NCBI GenBank assembly: GCA_963813785.1
Contig: CAWFAJ010000002.1
Coordinates: forward strand, 7,654 to 71,653
Source of the DNA: an uncultured delta proteobacterium
GTDB taxonomy: Bacteria; Desulfobacterota; Binatia; Binatales; Binataceae
Length of the DNA: 64,000 nucleotides
Direction: 5' to 3'
Within the stretch, counting starts at the first letter, position 1, and each line of letters starts with the position of its first letter. Positions 34,096 to 43,366 of the stretch are shown here, piece by piece. The notes under the pieces are model-generated. The model did not search any database. It was not told the DNA's origin and saw only the letters and a program-made list of their open reading frames with translations. Both the position numbers and the translations under genes were made by a program.

Positions 34096-34198
34096 GCCCG
34101 GGCAGAACACGCCCGAGCGCGAGTGCTGGTACATCTATACGGGCGCGGTGGACAAAGATTTCTTCACCGCCGACGCAATCGTAAAGGCCACCAATTAG
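34096..34198 (+). pseudogene. 3' relic of a third DUF1329 paralog abutting the macB stop codon
   Basis: Translates to PGQNTPERECWYIYTGAVDKDFFTADAIVKATN*, homologous to the last ~35 aa of the two intact copies (PGQHTPERECWYVNMGAVDKDFCSVKAMVAAAP*). It is followed by the same conserved intergenic unit. Confidence 0.6.
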
Positions 34199-34413
34199 CA
34201 AATTAGCTAGATAAATCAGGAGGCTTTGCGTCCATCCAATAGCTCGAACGGGGCGACGCAGCGAAAAAGCTGCGCCGCCCCACGCTCTTCCGCCTCGGCA
34301 AATCAGCCTGTAGAGTTAAAAAACAATTCGATAATATGATGGATATATCCTTGACTTCAGAAAATCTCGCGATTATGAATTAGAGCTCTAAAGACGGATA
34401 GGAGATTATATTA

Positions 34414-35706
34414 ATGGCCAAGCATGCACTGGGGAAGATATTGCTGGGCGTGGGAATGTTAATGCTCTTATGTCTCAGCGTGGCATCAACAAATGCGGCG
34501 GTGAAGCCAGGTGACACCATAACACCTGAAAACGCGGCGCAGGTCAAAGATCTGGTTTCGCCCGGCGTGTATTACGCGGTGACTCATGGAATGCACATGG
34601 AGATCGTGCCCCCCGAGCGGATCGACTGGCCACCGCCTTACAGGGAGGCGACAGAAAAATATTCCTCGCAGGCGCGGCTCAGTAACGATCATCGCAGCTT
34701 GGTCGGCTACGTCGCCGGCCAGCCGTTTCCGTTGATCGATCCTAACGACCCCTATGTGGGGTCGAAAGTCATGTGGAACAACGTGTTTCGGCCCATGTCG
34801 AGCGATGACTACGACCTGCGCTTCTACGATTGCCAGAGCCAGTACGTTCGTCCGGGCCAGGACCAGAACGTGATCGAGGACTTGGAGATCGGTCATTACG
34901 CCGGATACAACCTGTTCGGACGGACCGAGGTCGAGCCGATGCCGGTCGATCCCGACTTTAAACAGTCGGGGCGGATGTGGCTATTCAGTCTATACCCCGT
35001 GCTTTCGCCGGCGGACCAACGCGGCGTCGGAATAGTCCGCTATCGCTACGTGGATCCGAACCGCGGCGACGACACCTGGGATTGGCAGCCCGGCACCCGT
35101 CGCGTGCGGCGCCTGAACGAGGCGATAAACAGCAGCGCGACGGGAGCGCAGAGCTTCGACCCCGACCATTATGCAGGCTTCAACCCCAAGACCGAGCAGT
35201 ACAACTACAAGTTCCTGGGTGAGAGGCAGATGCTCGCGAGCGTGCATGCGCAGCATTCGCCCGAAGATACTTGCCCCTACGATGGCGGTGCGACCGCATG
35301 CCCCGAGGCTTGGGAGATGCGCGACGTATACATCGTCGAGGCGCTGCCCCGGCGCGATTCGAACAATCCGGGTGCGCTCGACAAGTTGACCAACGTCTAT
35401 GTGGACACCGAATTAGGCTTCAACCCGTATATCGACACTTACGACCAGAAAGGTCGTTTGTGGCGCTCGCACATCTACTGGCTGACCTATCGCGACCGCC
35501 CGGTGCCCGATGCCCGCGTGGCGATCTACCCGTTCAAGCGGGAGTTCATAGTGGGTGCGGCCTCGATCGACATGCAGGCCAACTTCTCGACAATGTGTTA
35601 CCTGCCCGGCCAGCACACGCCTGAGCGCGAATGCTGGTACGTCAACATGGGGGCGGTCGATAAGGATTTCTGCTCGGTGAAGGCGATGGTGGCCGCAGCT
35701 CCTTGA
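34414..35706 (+). CDS. DUF1329 family periplasmic protein (LolA-like fold), copy 1
   Basis: Signal peptide, then the motif block QPFPLIDPNDPYVGSKVMWNNVFRP that I recall from DUF1329; 430 aa. Confidence 0.65.
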   Translation: MAKHALGKILLGVGMLMLLCLSVASTNAAVKPGDTITPENAAQVKDLVSPGVYYAVTHGMHMEIVPPERIDWPPPYREATEKYSSQARLSNDHRSLVGYVAGQPFPLIDPNDPYVGSKVMWNNVFRPMSSDDYDLRFYDCQSQYVRPGQDQNVIEDLEIGHYAGYNLFGRTEVEPMPVDPDFKQSGRMWLFSLYPVLSPADQRGVGIVRYRYVDPNRGDDTWDWQPGTRRVRRLNEAINSSATGAQSFDPDHYAGFNPKTEQYNYKFLGERQMLASVHAQHSPEDTCPYDGGATACPEAWEMRDVYIVEALPRRDSNNPGALDKLTNVYVDTELGFNPYIDTYDQKGRLWRSHIYWLTYRDRPVPDARVAIYPFKREFIVGAASIDMQANFSTMCYLPGQHTPERECWYVNMGAVDKDFCSVKAMVAAAP

Positions 35707-35923
35707 GCGAGTTGGCTATATAAATCAGGGGCTTTACGTCCCTCTAAATTGCTCGAACGGGGCGGTGCAGCGAAAAGCTGCGCCGCCTCGCGCTTTTCTT
35801 CCGTCCGCAGATCAGATTGTAGAATTAAGGAACAATCTGATAATATTTGCAGTCGCATACTTGACTTGGGAAAATTTCGGGGGCCAAAATTAGAATTCCT
35901 AAGACGAACAGGAGGTTGTACTA

Positions 35924-37219
35924 ATGGCCAGGCATGCTTTGGGGAAGATATTGCCGGGCGTGGCGACGCTAACACTCTTGTGTCTCATCGTGGCGCCAGC
36001 AAATGCGACAGTGAAGCCGGGGGACACCATAACGCCCGAAAACGCGGCGCAGGTCAAAGACCTGGTTTCGCCCGGGGTGTATTACGCGGTGGCTCATGGA
36101 ATGCACATGGAAATCATACCTACCGAGCGGATCGATTGGCCGCCGCCTTACAGAGAGGCGACGGAAAAGTATTCCTCGCAGGTACGGCTCACTAACGATC
36201 ATCGCAGCATGGTCGGCTACGTCGCCGGCCAGGCATTTCCGCTGATCGATCCGAACGACCCTTATGTAGCGACGAAAATCATGTGGAACAACGTGTTCCG
36301 TCCGATCAGCACTGACGACTACGATCTGCGCTTCTACGATTGCCAGAGCCAGTACGTTCGTCCCGGCCAGGAACAGAACATCATCAACGACATCGAGATC
36401 GGTCATTACGCCGGGTACAACCTCTTCGGACGGACCGAAGTCGAGCCAATGCCGGTCGATCCGGACTTCAAGCAGTCGGGGCGCATGTGGTTGTTCGCTC
36501 TCTATCCGCTGCTCGCGCCGCAGGAATCGCGCGGCCAAGGCCTGATCCGCTATCGCTACGCGGATCCGAAACGCGGCGACGACAGCTGGGATTGGCAGCC
36601 CGGCACCCGTCGTGTGCGGCGCCTGAACGAGGCGATGCTCTCCACCGCGACCGGTGCGCAGAGCTACGATCCTGATCACTATTCAGGCTTCAACCCCAAG
36701 ACCGAGCAGTACAACTACAAATTCCTGGGTGAGCGGCAGATGCTCGCGACCGTGCATGCGCAGCATTCGCCCGAACAGACTTGCGCTTATGATGGCGGTG
36801 CAACCGCATGCCCCGAGGCTTGGGAGCTGCGTCACATGTACATCGTCGAGGCGACACCCCGGCGCGATATCGGCGAGGCAGGCAGCGCGCTCGACAAGTT
36901 GACCGACGTCTATCTGGACACCGAATTATGTTTCGAGCCGTACGTCGACACCTACGACCAGAAGGGTCATTTGTGGCGCGCGCACATCTACTGGCTGGCC
37001 TATCGTGACCGCCCGGTGCCCGATGCCCGCGTGGCGATCTACCCGTTCAAGCGGGAGTTCGTGGTCGGCGCAGCTTCGATCGACACGCAGGCTAATTTCT
37101 CGACAATGTGTTACCTGCCCGGCCAGCACACGCCTGAGCGCGAATGCTGGTACATCAACATGGGGGCGGTCGATAAGGATTTCTGCTCGGTGAAGGCGAT
37201 GGTGGCCGCAGCTCCTTGA
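35924..37219 (+). CDS. DUF1329 family periplasmic protein, copy 2 (tandem paralog, about 80% identical to copy 1)
   Basis: Colinear with copy 1 over its full length. The upstream intergenic region is also duplicated. Confidence 0.65.
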   Translation: MARHALGKILPGVATLTLLCLIVAPANATVKPGDTITPENAAQVKDLVSPGVYYAVAHGMHMEIIPTERIDWPPPYREATEKYSSQVRLTNDHRSMVGYVAGQAFPLIDPNDPYVATKIMWNNVFRPISTDDYDLRFYDCQSQYVRPGQEQNIINDIEIGHYAGYNLFGRTEVEPMPVDPDFKQSGRMWLFALYPLLAPQESRGQGLIRYRYADPKRGDDSWDWQPGTRRVRRLNEAMLSTATGAQSYDPDHYSGFNPKTEQYNYKFLGERQMLATVHAQHSPEQTCAYDGGATACPEAWELRHMYIVEATPRRDIGEAGSALDKLTDVYLDTELCFEPYVDTYDQKGHLWRAHIYWLAYRDRPVPDARVAIYPFKREFVVGAASIDTQANFSTMCYLPGQHTPERECWYINMGAVDKDFCSVKAMVAAAP

Positions 37220-37512
37220 GCCCGCGCTTCAAGCTGCCTGATTGATTGCTGAAACAGGCGCGGAGCAGAGCGGTCAGTCGCCGTGGCGCTCCGCGCTCTG
37301 GTTTTTCCACAGCGCGCGAAGGCAAGTCGTTTACATACGCCGGCTCCCGCAATATATTCCGCGTATCGCGCGATTGCGGTCTTTGCACCACAAGCGCGAT
37401 CGCAGCAAAGGTCCCGTGTCCGAAGCCGGCGCGGATACGCCTCGCAGGTCCAACGAGTCGTTCTGCGCCGGCAACTTTCCCGCCCCACCAGGCGCATCGC
37501 CGCGCCGCCGGG

Positions 37513-38559
37513 TCAGACCTTGAAGCGGATGTGAATCATGTCGCCGTCGCGCATCACGTAGTCGCGGCCCTCGAGTCTGAGCTTGCCGGCTTCCTTGACC
37601 TTCGCGTCGGACTTGTGGATGGCAAAATCCTCGTAGCTGACAACTTCGGCCCGGATGAATCCGCGCGCGATATCTGTGTGGATTACGCCGGCGGCATCGA
37701 GCGCCGACTCGCCGCGGCGCAGCGGCCATGCATGCGCCTCGGGTTCGCCGGCGGTGTAGAAAGTGATCAGCCCGAGATGGTTGAAGAGCGCGCCGATCAG
37801 CCGATCGCGCGCGGGCGCGTCGAGTCCCGCGTCCTTGAGCATCTCCTTCTGGCCGGCCTCGTCGAGTTCCCACAATTCCGACTCGAAAGCGGCCGCGAGC
37901 CTGAACACCTCGAATCCGTGCGCGCGGACCGCGGCGCGCTCGGCGTCGGTGACATCGGCGGCCGCGCGTTCCATCTCGCAGTTGACGGTGACCAGCGCGG
38001 GCTTTCGCGAAAGAAACCCGAAGCTCGAAAATGCCTGCGCTTCCTGCGCCGTCAGTTCGAGCAGTCGCAGCGCTTTGCCGTCGCCGAGCCATGCGATCAC
38101 TTTCTCGAGCGCCGCGCGTTCGAAGTCGCTGCCGCCCTTCTCCTTCTTCAGCCGCTCGAGGCGGCGTTCGGCTTGATCGAAGTCGGCGAACACCAGCTCG
38201 CCCTCGATGCTTTCGAGCGTCGCGACCAGATCTTTTTCCATGCCGGCGAATTGCGGAATCACGATCAGCAGCGCGTCCATGTCGCGCACCAGCGGCAGCA
38301 GACTCGGATCGAGCGCAGCGCCCTCCTTCTGCTCTTTGGGATTTGGCGCGAAGTCGAGGATGGTGAGCTCGACCGGAATCTTTTTCTTCGAACCGTACGC
38401 CGATTCAAGAAAATCCAGACGCGGATCCGCGACCTTGATTTGTCCCGGGCGCGCACGATTGCGGCCCTCGGCCGCGCCCGCAATCGGCGCGAGTCCTGTC
38501 AGTGCGTGAAATACGGTTGATTTCCCGGCGCCGCGTGCGCCGATGATCCCGGTCTTCAA
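37513..38559 (-). CDS. ychF: YchF/Obg-family GTP/ATP-binding protein with a C-terminal TGS domain
   Basis: P-loop GARGAGKST. C-terminal block (IHTDIARGFIRAEVVSYEDF...EAGKLRLEGRDYVMRDGDMIHIRFKV) aligns with E. coli YchF. The G1 motif is divergent. Confidence 0.75.
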   Translation of the reverse strand: MKTGIIGARGAGKSTVFHALTGLAPIAGAAEGRNRARPGQIKVADPRLDFLESAYGSKKKIPVELTILDFAPNPKEQKEGAALDPSLLPLVRDMDALLIVIPQFAGMEKDLVATLESIEGELVFADFDQAERRLERLKKEKGGSDFERAALEKVIAWLGDGKALRLLELTAQEAQAFSSFGFLSRKPALVTVNCEMERAAADVTDAERAAVRAHGFEVFRLAAAFESELWELDEAGQKEMLKDAGLDAPARDRLIGALFNHLGLITFYTAGEPEAHAWPLRRGESALDAAGVIHTDIARGFIRAEVVSYEDFAIHKSDAKVKEAGKLRLEGRDYVMRDGDMIHIRFKV

Positions 38560-38764
38560 TTGCTCCCACCTCGATCCCGGGGATTCTACACCACCGCAAT
38601 TCGCGAGTAAGCCCTTCGCCCACCAGCGTCGAGGCGTGTCGCGCTCGGCGCAAATGCGCCTGAATCGAGATCGCGTTCCCGCCCGCCCCCGCCCGCCGAG
38701 TCTTTCTCGGCAGCGCCGGCTTCGCTAATCTGCTATTCCCGTCGGCGGAGCAGCGCGATGGAGA

Positions 38765-38840
38765 GCCACCCTAGCTCAGTTGGTAGAGCAGCTGATTCGT
38801 AATCAGCAGGTCGCCGGTTCGAATCCGGCGGGTGGCTCCA
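38765..38840 (+). tRNA. tRNA-Thr (anticodon CGT)
   Basis: 76-nt cloverleaf. Acceptor stem GCCACCC/GGGTGGC, D-arm GCTCAGTTGGTAGAGC, anticodon loop TTCGTAA, T-arm GCCGGTTCGAATCCGGC, CCA end encoded. Confidence 0.85.
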
Positions 38841-39187
38841 AACAAAACCCCACGCGCAGAGCCACAATCTGAATCCGGCCGGTTTCCGGCGTAGCTCTGA
38901 ATCAGCTCTTAGGCAACCCCTAGGCAACCGACCGGCGTTGCCGGCACCGGCGGGATAGGCGGAAGGTTGATTGCGGAAAAACTTGGTCGGTGGGAAGCAG
39001 AGCGGGGAGCGGTGCGTCGAGAATCTCCTGCAAGAGCCGCCGAACCGTCTTGGAAAGCGTCCGGGACGGCTTGCAGTGGGCCACCGCTACCACCGCGAGG
39101 GGCCACGACGGTCAGACTGGGACCGAGTTGACGCTGGAGCGGCTATCCGGCTAAAACTCTCGTGGTTGCAGAGTCAAAATCGAAATT

Positions 39188-39235
39188 CCGGCTGAGACGC
39201 GGCAGAACTTCGGCGCCGAACCCGGTCGAGCGACC
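39188..39235. repeat. direct repeat A (LLM-family gene C-terminal relic) flanking the cytochrome gene
   Basis: CTGAGACGCGGCAGaACTTCGGCGCCGAAcccGGTCGAGCGA. The minus strand encodes ...GFGAEVLPRLS. Confidence 0.6.
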
Positions 39236-39312
39236 GCCACGCCGGCGAATGACGACTACGTTGCGTCCCAAATGTGCGGATTGGCCTGCTTGTCTTTACG
39301 TGAGGATTTGCG

Positions 39313-41511
39313 ATGAAACTGCAGCATCGACTGATTTCCTGCCGCGAGCGAGTCGCAAGACAAAGCACCTGGCGGTCAATCCTAAGAATCCATGCCTTGG
39401 CACTGCTGGCGTGGGGGTTTGCTGGCTCGCCGAGCGCATTGGCGTTCGACGTAAAGAGCGCAAAGCTGATCGATAAGGGTTTCAAGCTTTTCACCCAGGA
39501 AACATTCAAGGGCAACGGCCGTACCTGCTCAACCTGCCATATACCCAAGGACGACTACACGATCAGCCCGGCGGATTTTCCCACGCTGAGCGCCCATGAC
39601 AGGAACCTCGTGCTGGCGACACACAATTCGCAGCTCGAAAACCAGAACTTGGTAAATCAATTCGCCCTGTTCAACATCACTAACGAAACGCCGGCCGCGA
39701 GCGGAAATGGTACCACGCCGACCGGTCCGTTCCGCGCCTCGATGCAGCTAAGCGGATTGGCGCTCACCACGCTGAACGACTGCCCGAATGCGACATTGAT
39801 TGCGGCGGCCACCGACACCGGCGCGACCGCCGAGATCACAACCGTCACGCCTCCCCTCTTCCCGTTTGTGGTAAACGAACTCGTAAGAATCGAGGGAGTC
39901 AGCGTCGCCGGCTACAATGGCAGTACTTTTGAGATCTCCAGCGTAATCAGCCCCACCACATTCCAGTACACGACGTTGACTGGAGCCGATATCACCGGAC
40001 TCCCCTCGGCAGGGCCCGGCGGCGGTGTCAGCGGGCTGCCCACTCCACCGACTACTACTACCGGGTCGGGAGTGTGTTCCACTGCGCCTAATTTCGTGAC
40101 ATCCCCAACCACCACAGGCACCCGGTTCATAGAGCTCGGTTGGGCGGGAGACGGCGCACCCGTCGACCCCACGCTTTTCGAAGTTGGCAAACCTCGCGAC
40201 TACGCGGATTGCGTAACCTCCGTCAACAACGCTAATTCTAACCCCAACGTCCTCGGCCCGGTGTTGAATGCGTTCTCGACCGGAGCCGTCAGGCACCATT
40301 TCACGCGCACCAATTCCCGCGTGCCTGGAAAGGATTTCCGCTGCCCGACCTCCGCTGAGTTGAATGCGCTGGCGGCATTTCAAGAGTACCTCGGGCGCCA
40401 ATTCCCATCTGGTACACCTCTCGAACTCGCCTTGGAAGGAGGAACAACTTTCCCGGGAACACAAGTCAGCTCGTTGCAGCCCGTGATCACCTTTAACGAT
40501 TCCACGGCGGAGACGGGCAAGGCGATATTCTTGAATCCGAGCGCGGCTTGCAATTTCTGCCACTTCAATGGCGGCGCGAGCATGAGTACAACCCAGGTAA
40601 AAACGGAGCCGTTAGGAGACCCGCCGCTGCCGTTTCCCGGTCGCAACGAGAACAACTCGCAACTCGTGAACGTCTTAACCGACACCACCTTTATTATTCC
40701 GTCAACCGGACAGACGGTCACTGGCGGGCTTGACGGCTTGACGCCGGTGACCATTGGCAATGATCCCGGCGACGGAACTCCTTTCAGCGACAAGCATGGC
40801 GGGTTCATACCCATATTCAACGTCCAGTCAATTATAGAAGCGCCGCGCAAAAAGAGTTTTTTCCACAATGGTTCCTTCACTACCAGCGTGGAGGACGCGG
40901 CGTCGTTCTACTTTGGTAACCCTACGGTCAATATTTCGGGCAGCACACTCATCACGCCCGGTTTCGACCTCGCCAACGGCAATTTCGCGGTTGGCACCAA
41001 CCAGGACGGCTCACTAGTTACCGTCGCGTCAGGGTTGCCAAACCCACTGCCAAGAGCAGCCGGGGGAGAAACCGGCACCCAAGCCCTTGTGCAACTTGCC
41101 GGCACCTACTTTCCTTCCGATTCGGTGGCCGGCAACGTGCTGACTTCGCCGGGTGGGCAGGACGTGCTCAACACGCTTGGGTTCTTCCTGAGGGCGCTCA
41201 ACGTGGTTTACAGCATCGCCGATTGCGAGCGGCTGGTGGACGATACGGTCAGCCGTCTCCATGCGGGCTTGCCGACACAGGTGCCGGTCCTCAACTGCAC
41301 CACGGACTTGGGCGATGTGGACCGCGTCATTGCGGGCGCGCGTGTGACCGTGCCGGACAACTACCTCGCCGTCCAGACGCAGGCGCAGGAACTCCAGGGC
41401 CAGTTGAAGAAGTATGCCAAGCATGGCAATCGCGTGAAGTTGATAGGGATTACTAACCAGCTGAAAGCCATGAGGGAGTCGATTGCATCGATCTCGCCAG
41501 ACCTGCCGTGA
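39313..41511 (+). CDS. di-haem c-type cytochrome, CCP/MauG-like, with a large Thr/Gly-rich insertion
   Basis: Signal peptide. First CxxCH sits in the CCP-type context FKGNGRTCSTCHIP. A second CxxCH (AACNFCHFNGG) lies about 370 aa later, against about 145 aa in canonical CCPs. 732 aa in total. Confidence 0.55.
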   Translation: MKLQHRLISCRERVARQSTWRSILRIHALALLAWGFAGSPSALAFDVKSAKLIDKGFKLFTQETFKGNGRTCSTCHIPKDDYTISPADFPTLSAHDRNLVLATHNSQLENQNLVNQFALFNITNETPAASGNGTTPTGPFRASMQLSGLALTTLNDCPNATLIAAATDTGATAEITTVTPPLFPFVVNELVRIEGVSVAGYNGSTFEISSVISPTTFQYTTLTGADITGLPSAGPGGGVSGLPTPPTTTTGSGVCSTAPNFVTSPTTTGTRFIELGWAGDGAPVDPTLFEVGKPRDYADCVTSVNNANSNPNVLGPVLNAFSTGAVRHHFTRTNSRVPGKDFRCPTSAELNALAAFQEYLGRQFPSGTPLELALEGGTTFPGTQVSSLQPVITFNDSTAETGKAIFLNPSAACNFCHFNGGASMSTTQVKTEPLGDPPLPFPGRNENNSQLVNVLTDTTFIIPSTGQTVTGGLDGLTPVTIGNDPGDGTPFSDKHGGFIPIFNVQSIIEAPRKKSFFHNGSFTTSVEDAASFYFGNPTVNISGSTLITPGFDLANGNFAVGTNQDGSLVTVASGLPNPLPRAAGGETGTQALVQLAGTYFPSDSVAGNVLTSPGGQDVLNTLGFFLRALNVVYSIADCERLVDDTVSRLHAGLPTQVPVLNCTTDLGDVDRVIAGARVTVPDNYLAVQTQAQELQGQLKKYAKHGNRVKLIGITNQLKAMRESIASISPDLP

Positions 41512-41577
41512 CACAGAATTGTGAGATCGAGAGCCCTCGGGCAACTCCGGGGGGTTTCTTTTTCCCGCATCGCGGCT

Positions 41578-41625
41578 ACCTGAGACGCGGCAGGACTTCG
41601 GCGCCGAAGCGGTCGAGCGAGCGTC
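41578..41625. repeat. direct repeat B (second LLM C-terminal relic)
   Basis: About 42 of 45 nt identical to repeat A. The minus strand encodes MIELIVVPQLPGLDPAKARRSLDRFGAEVLPRLR*. Confidence 0.6.
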
Positions 41626-41990
41626 GCGCCTTGGCGGGATCGAGCCCCGGCAACTGCGGCACGACGATAAGCTCGATCATTGGGGTAATTGAAGCTGCCG
41701 GTGATGACGGTCGCACCGTTGACGACCATGACCTTGTTGTGCATCAGACCCGGCACAAAGTATCCACGAGGTCAGGTACGCCGGCTGAAACAAGGCGCCC
41801 CACGGCCTAAGTCTCGCCTTAGGATAACCGCAATCCCGATAATCGCGAAAAGGACTGGACGTAGCAGAAACCCGGTAACGACAACAAGCAAGATTACACC
41901 CGCCCAGATCACAAGAATCTCGTGGCGCACTAAGGTCCACCAGAAGTGGTGGGCAATCAGTAAGACGGGCTTGTCAGAAGAGATCACGTA
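41580..41990 (-). pseudogene. possible internally deleted relic of a phospholipase-D / cardiolipin-synthase-like gene
   Basis: ORF 41772..41987 encodes two hydrophobic helices typical of a Cls N-terminus. Fifteen bp downstream, in another frame, is an HKD-like motif: HNKVMVVNGATVITGSFNY. Confidence 0.35.
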
Positions 41991-42392
41991 GAGGCCAGGC
42001 GGTGTACCGCCTCCGGGCCGATATGTCGCCTCAAGCCGAACACAACCGCGTGGATTCAGATTTAGCTTTCAAACGAGAGTCCGCCATTGTCCGCACCGTA
42101 GAAGAGTCCCGCTCTAATAGCCTTCTTCAAGTGAGAAGAAAATTCCGGTTAGGTTGATAATATCCCGCGTAAGCAAAAAGCGTGAGTTTCTCATATCCGC
42201 AGCGATCCGGCGCTTCGAATCGCTGCCAATCGGCTTCCGACTCGTCGAGGAAGTCCGCGTAGCTCTGATCGACGAGAAGGCGGCGGTGAGGTGTTTGCGC
42301 CGCTTTCGAAGTTTTGAGAAGGCACAGGTCAACATATTCAACAAGGATTTACGCTGCGCGGGCAAAATGCGGTGCGATCCGGGGCGCCTTCC

Positions 42393-43366
42393 TCAGGCCG
42401 TGCGCACCGCCCAGAAGATGCCGTAGTCGATCATTCCCAGGCGCAGTGCGCGATAGGACCGCGTCACGTGCTCGTGGACGTTGTCCAAGTCCACTCCCGC
42501 GCGCGCCCTCACGTACCCTTTGTACATCCGGTAGAGCGGCGGGGTCTCAAAGAAGAGCGCGAAGATGCGGCAGTACTGTTCGAAGTAGCGCAGATTCTTC
42601 GCGGTGCAGATCTCCGCTTCGCGAAGCGTGAAGCCGGCCTTGGTGATCTTCGCACGATAGCTGTGGATCGTCTCCAGATAGGGCACGTCCCATGCCTCGA
42701 GGAAGCTCCTGTAGATCCGGCGATTTCTCTCCGAAGCGTTGACGACCCGATCTACCACCAGCAGATCGGCGAATGCGAATGCTCCGCCCGGTTTGAGCAC
42801 CCGCGCAGCTTCTTTTAGGAACTGGCCCTTGTCCTTGAAGTGCGCGGGAGCCTCGATTGACCACGCAAGCGAGTATTCTCGATTGCGCACTGGTAGCTTC
42901 AGCGCGTCTCCTTCGGTGAATCCGACGTGCCCTGGCGAAATCTTCCGGGTGGCGCTGTTGCGGTTCGCACGCCGAACGTTGAATGGAGTGAAGTCGAGGC
43001 CGAGTACGTCCAACCCGTATTTTTTGTGCGCACGAATCGCGGGACCACCACGCCCCGAGGCGATATCGAGGAGACGCGGGGGATCGTCACCCTTGTAGGG
43101 GCCGGTGTTGTGAAGAGCGAGCAGTCCCTCAGCAATCCGATCGATCAGGCGAAGATGAGCCCTTTTGCTCCAGTGACGCTGGCGCGAATCTGAGTATCCT
43201 ATGTTCAGGTAGGTACCGAGATCCGACCACTGGCCCAGGAATCGATATAGATCCGAGTGCGAATTACCATAGCTGTAGTGCCGGCGGACGTCATCATCGA
43301 CCCAATGCTCGTTCCTTATCGCGGACGCGTCCGGGGCGCCGGCGGGGCTATTCCTTGCGCGCATTG
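42393..43366 (-). CDS. class-I SAM-dependent methyltransferase (cyclopropane-fatty-acyl-phospholipid / mycolic-acid synthase-like)
   Basis: SAM motif I LLDIASGRGGP; CMAS-family C-terminal region. Start chosen at MRARNSP (43366); the track ORF extends further upstream. Confidence 0.7.

Noticed and set aside
37246-38520. 424-aa plus-strand ORF
   Set aside because: It is antisense to the ychF homolog.
38733-38927. 64-aa minus-strand ORF
   Set aside because: It overlaps the tRNA-Thr gene and is spurious.
41525-41563. intrinsic terminator after the cytochrome gene
   Set aside because: A GC-rich segment followed by TTTCTTTTT is present, but I could not find a convincing complementary stem.
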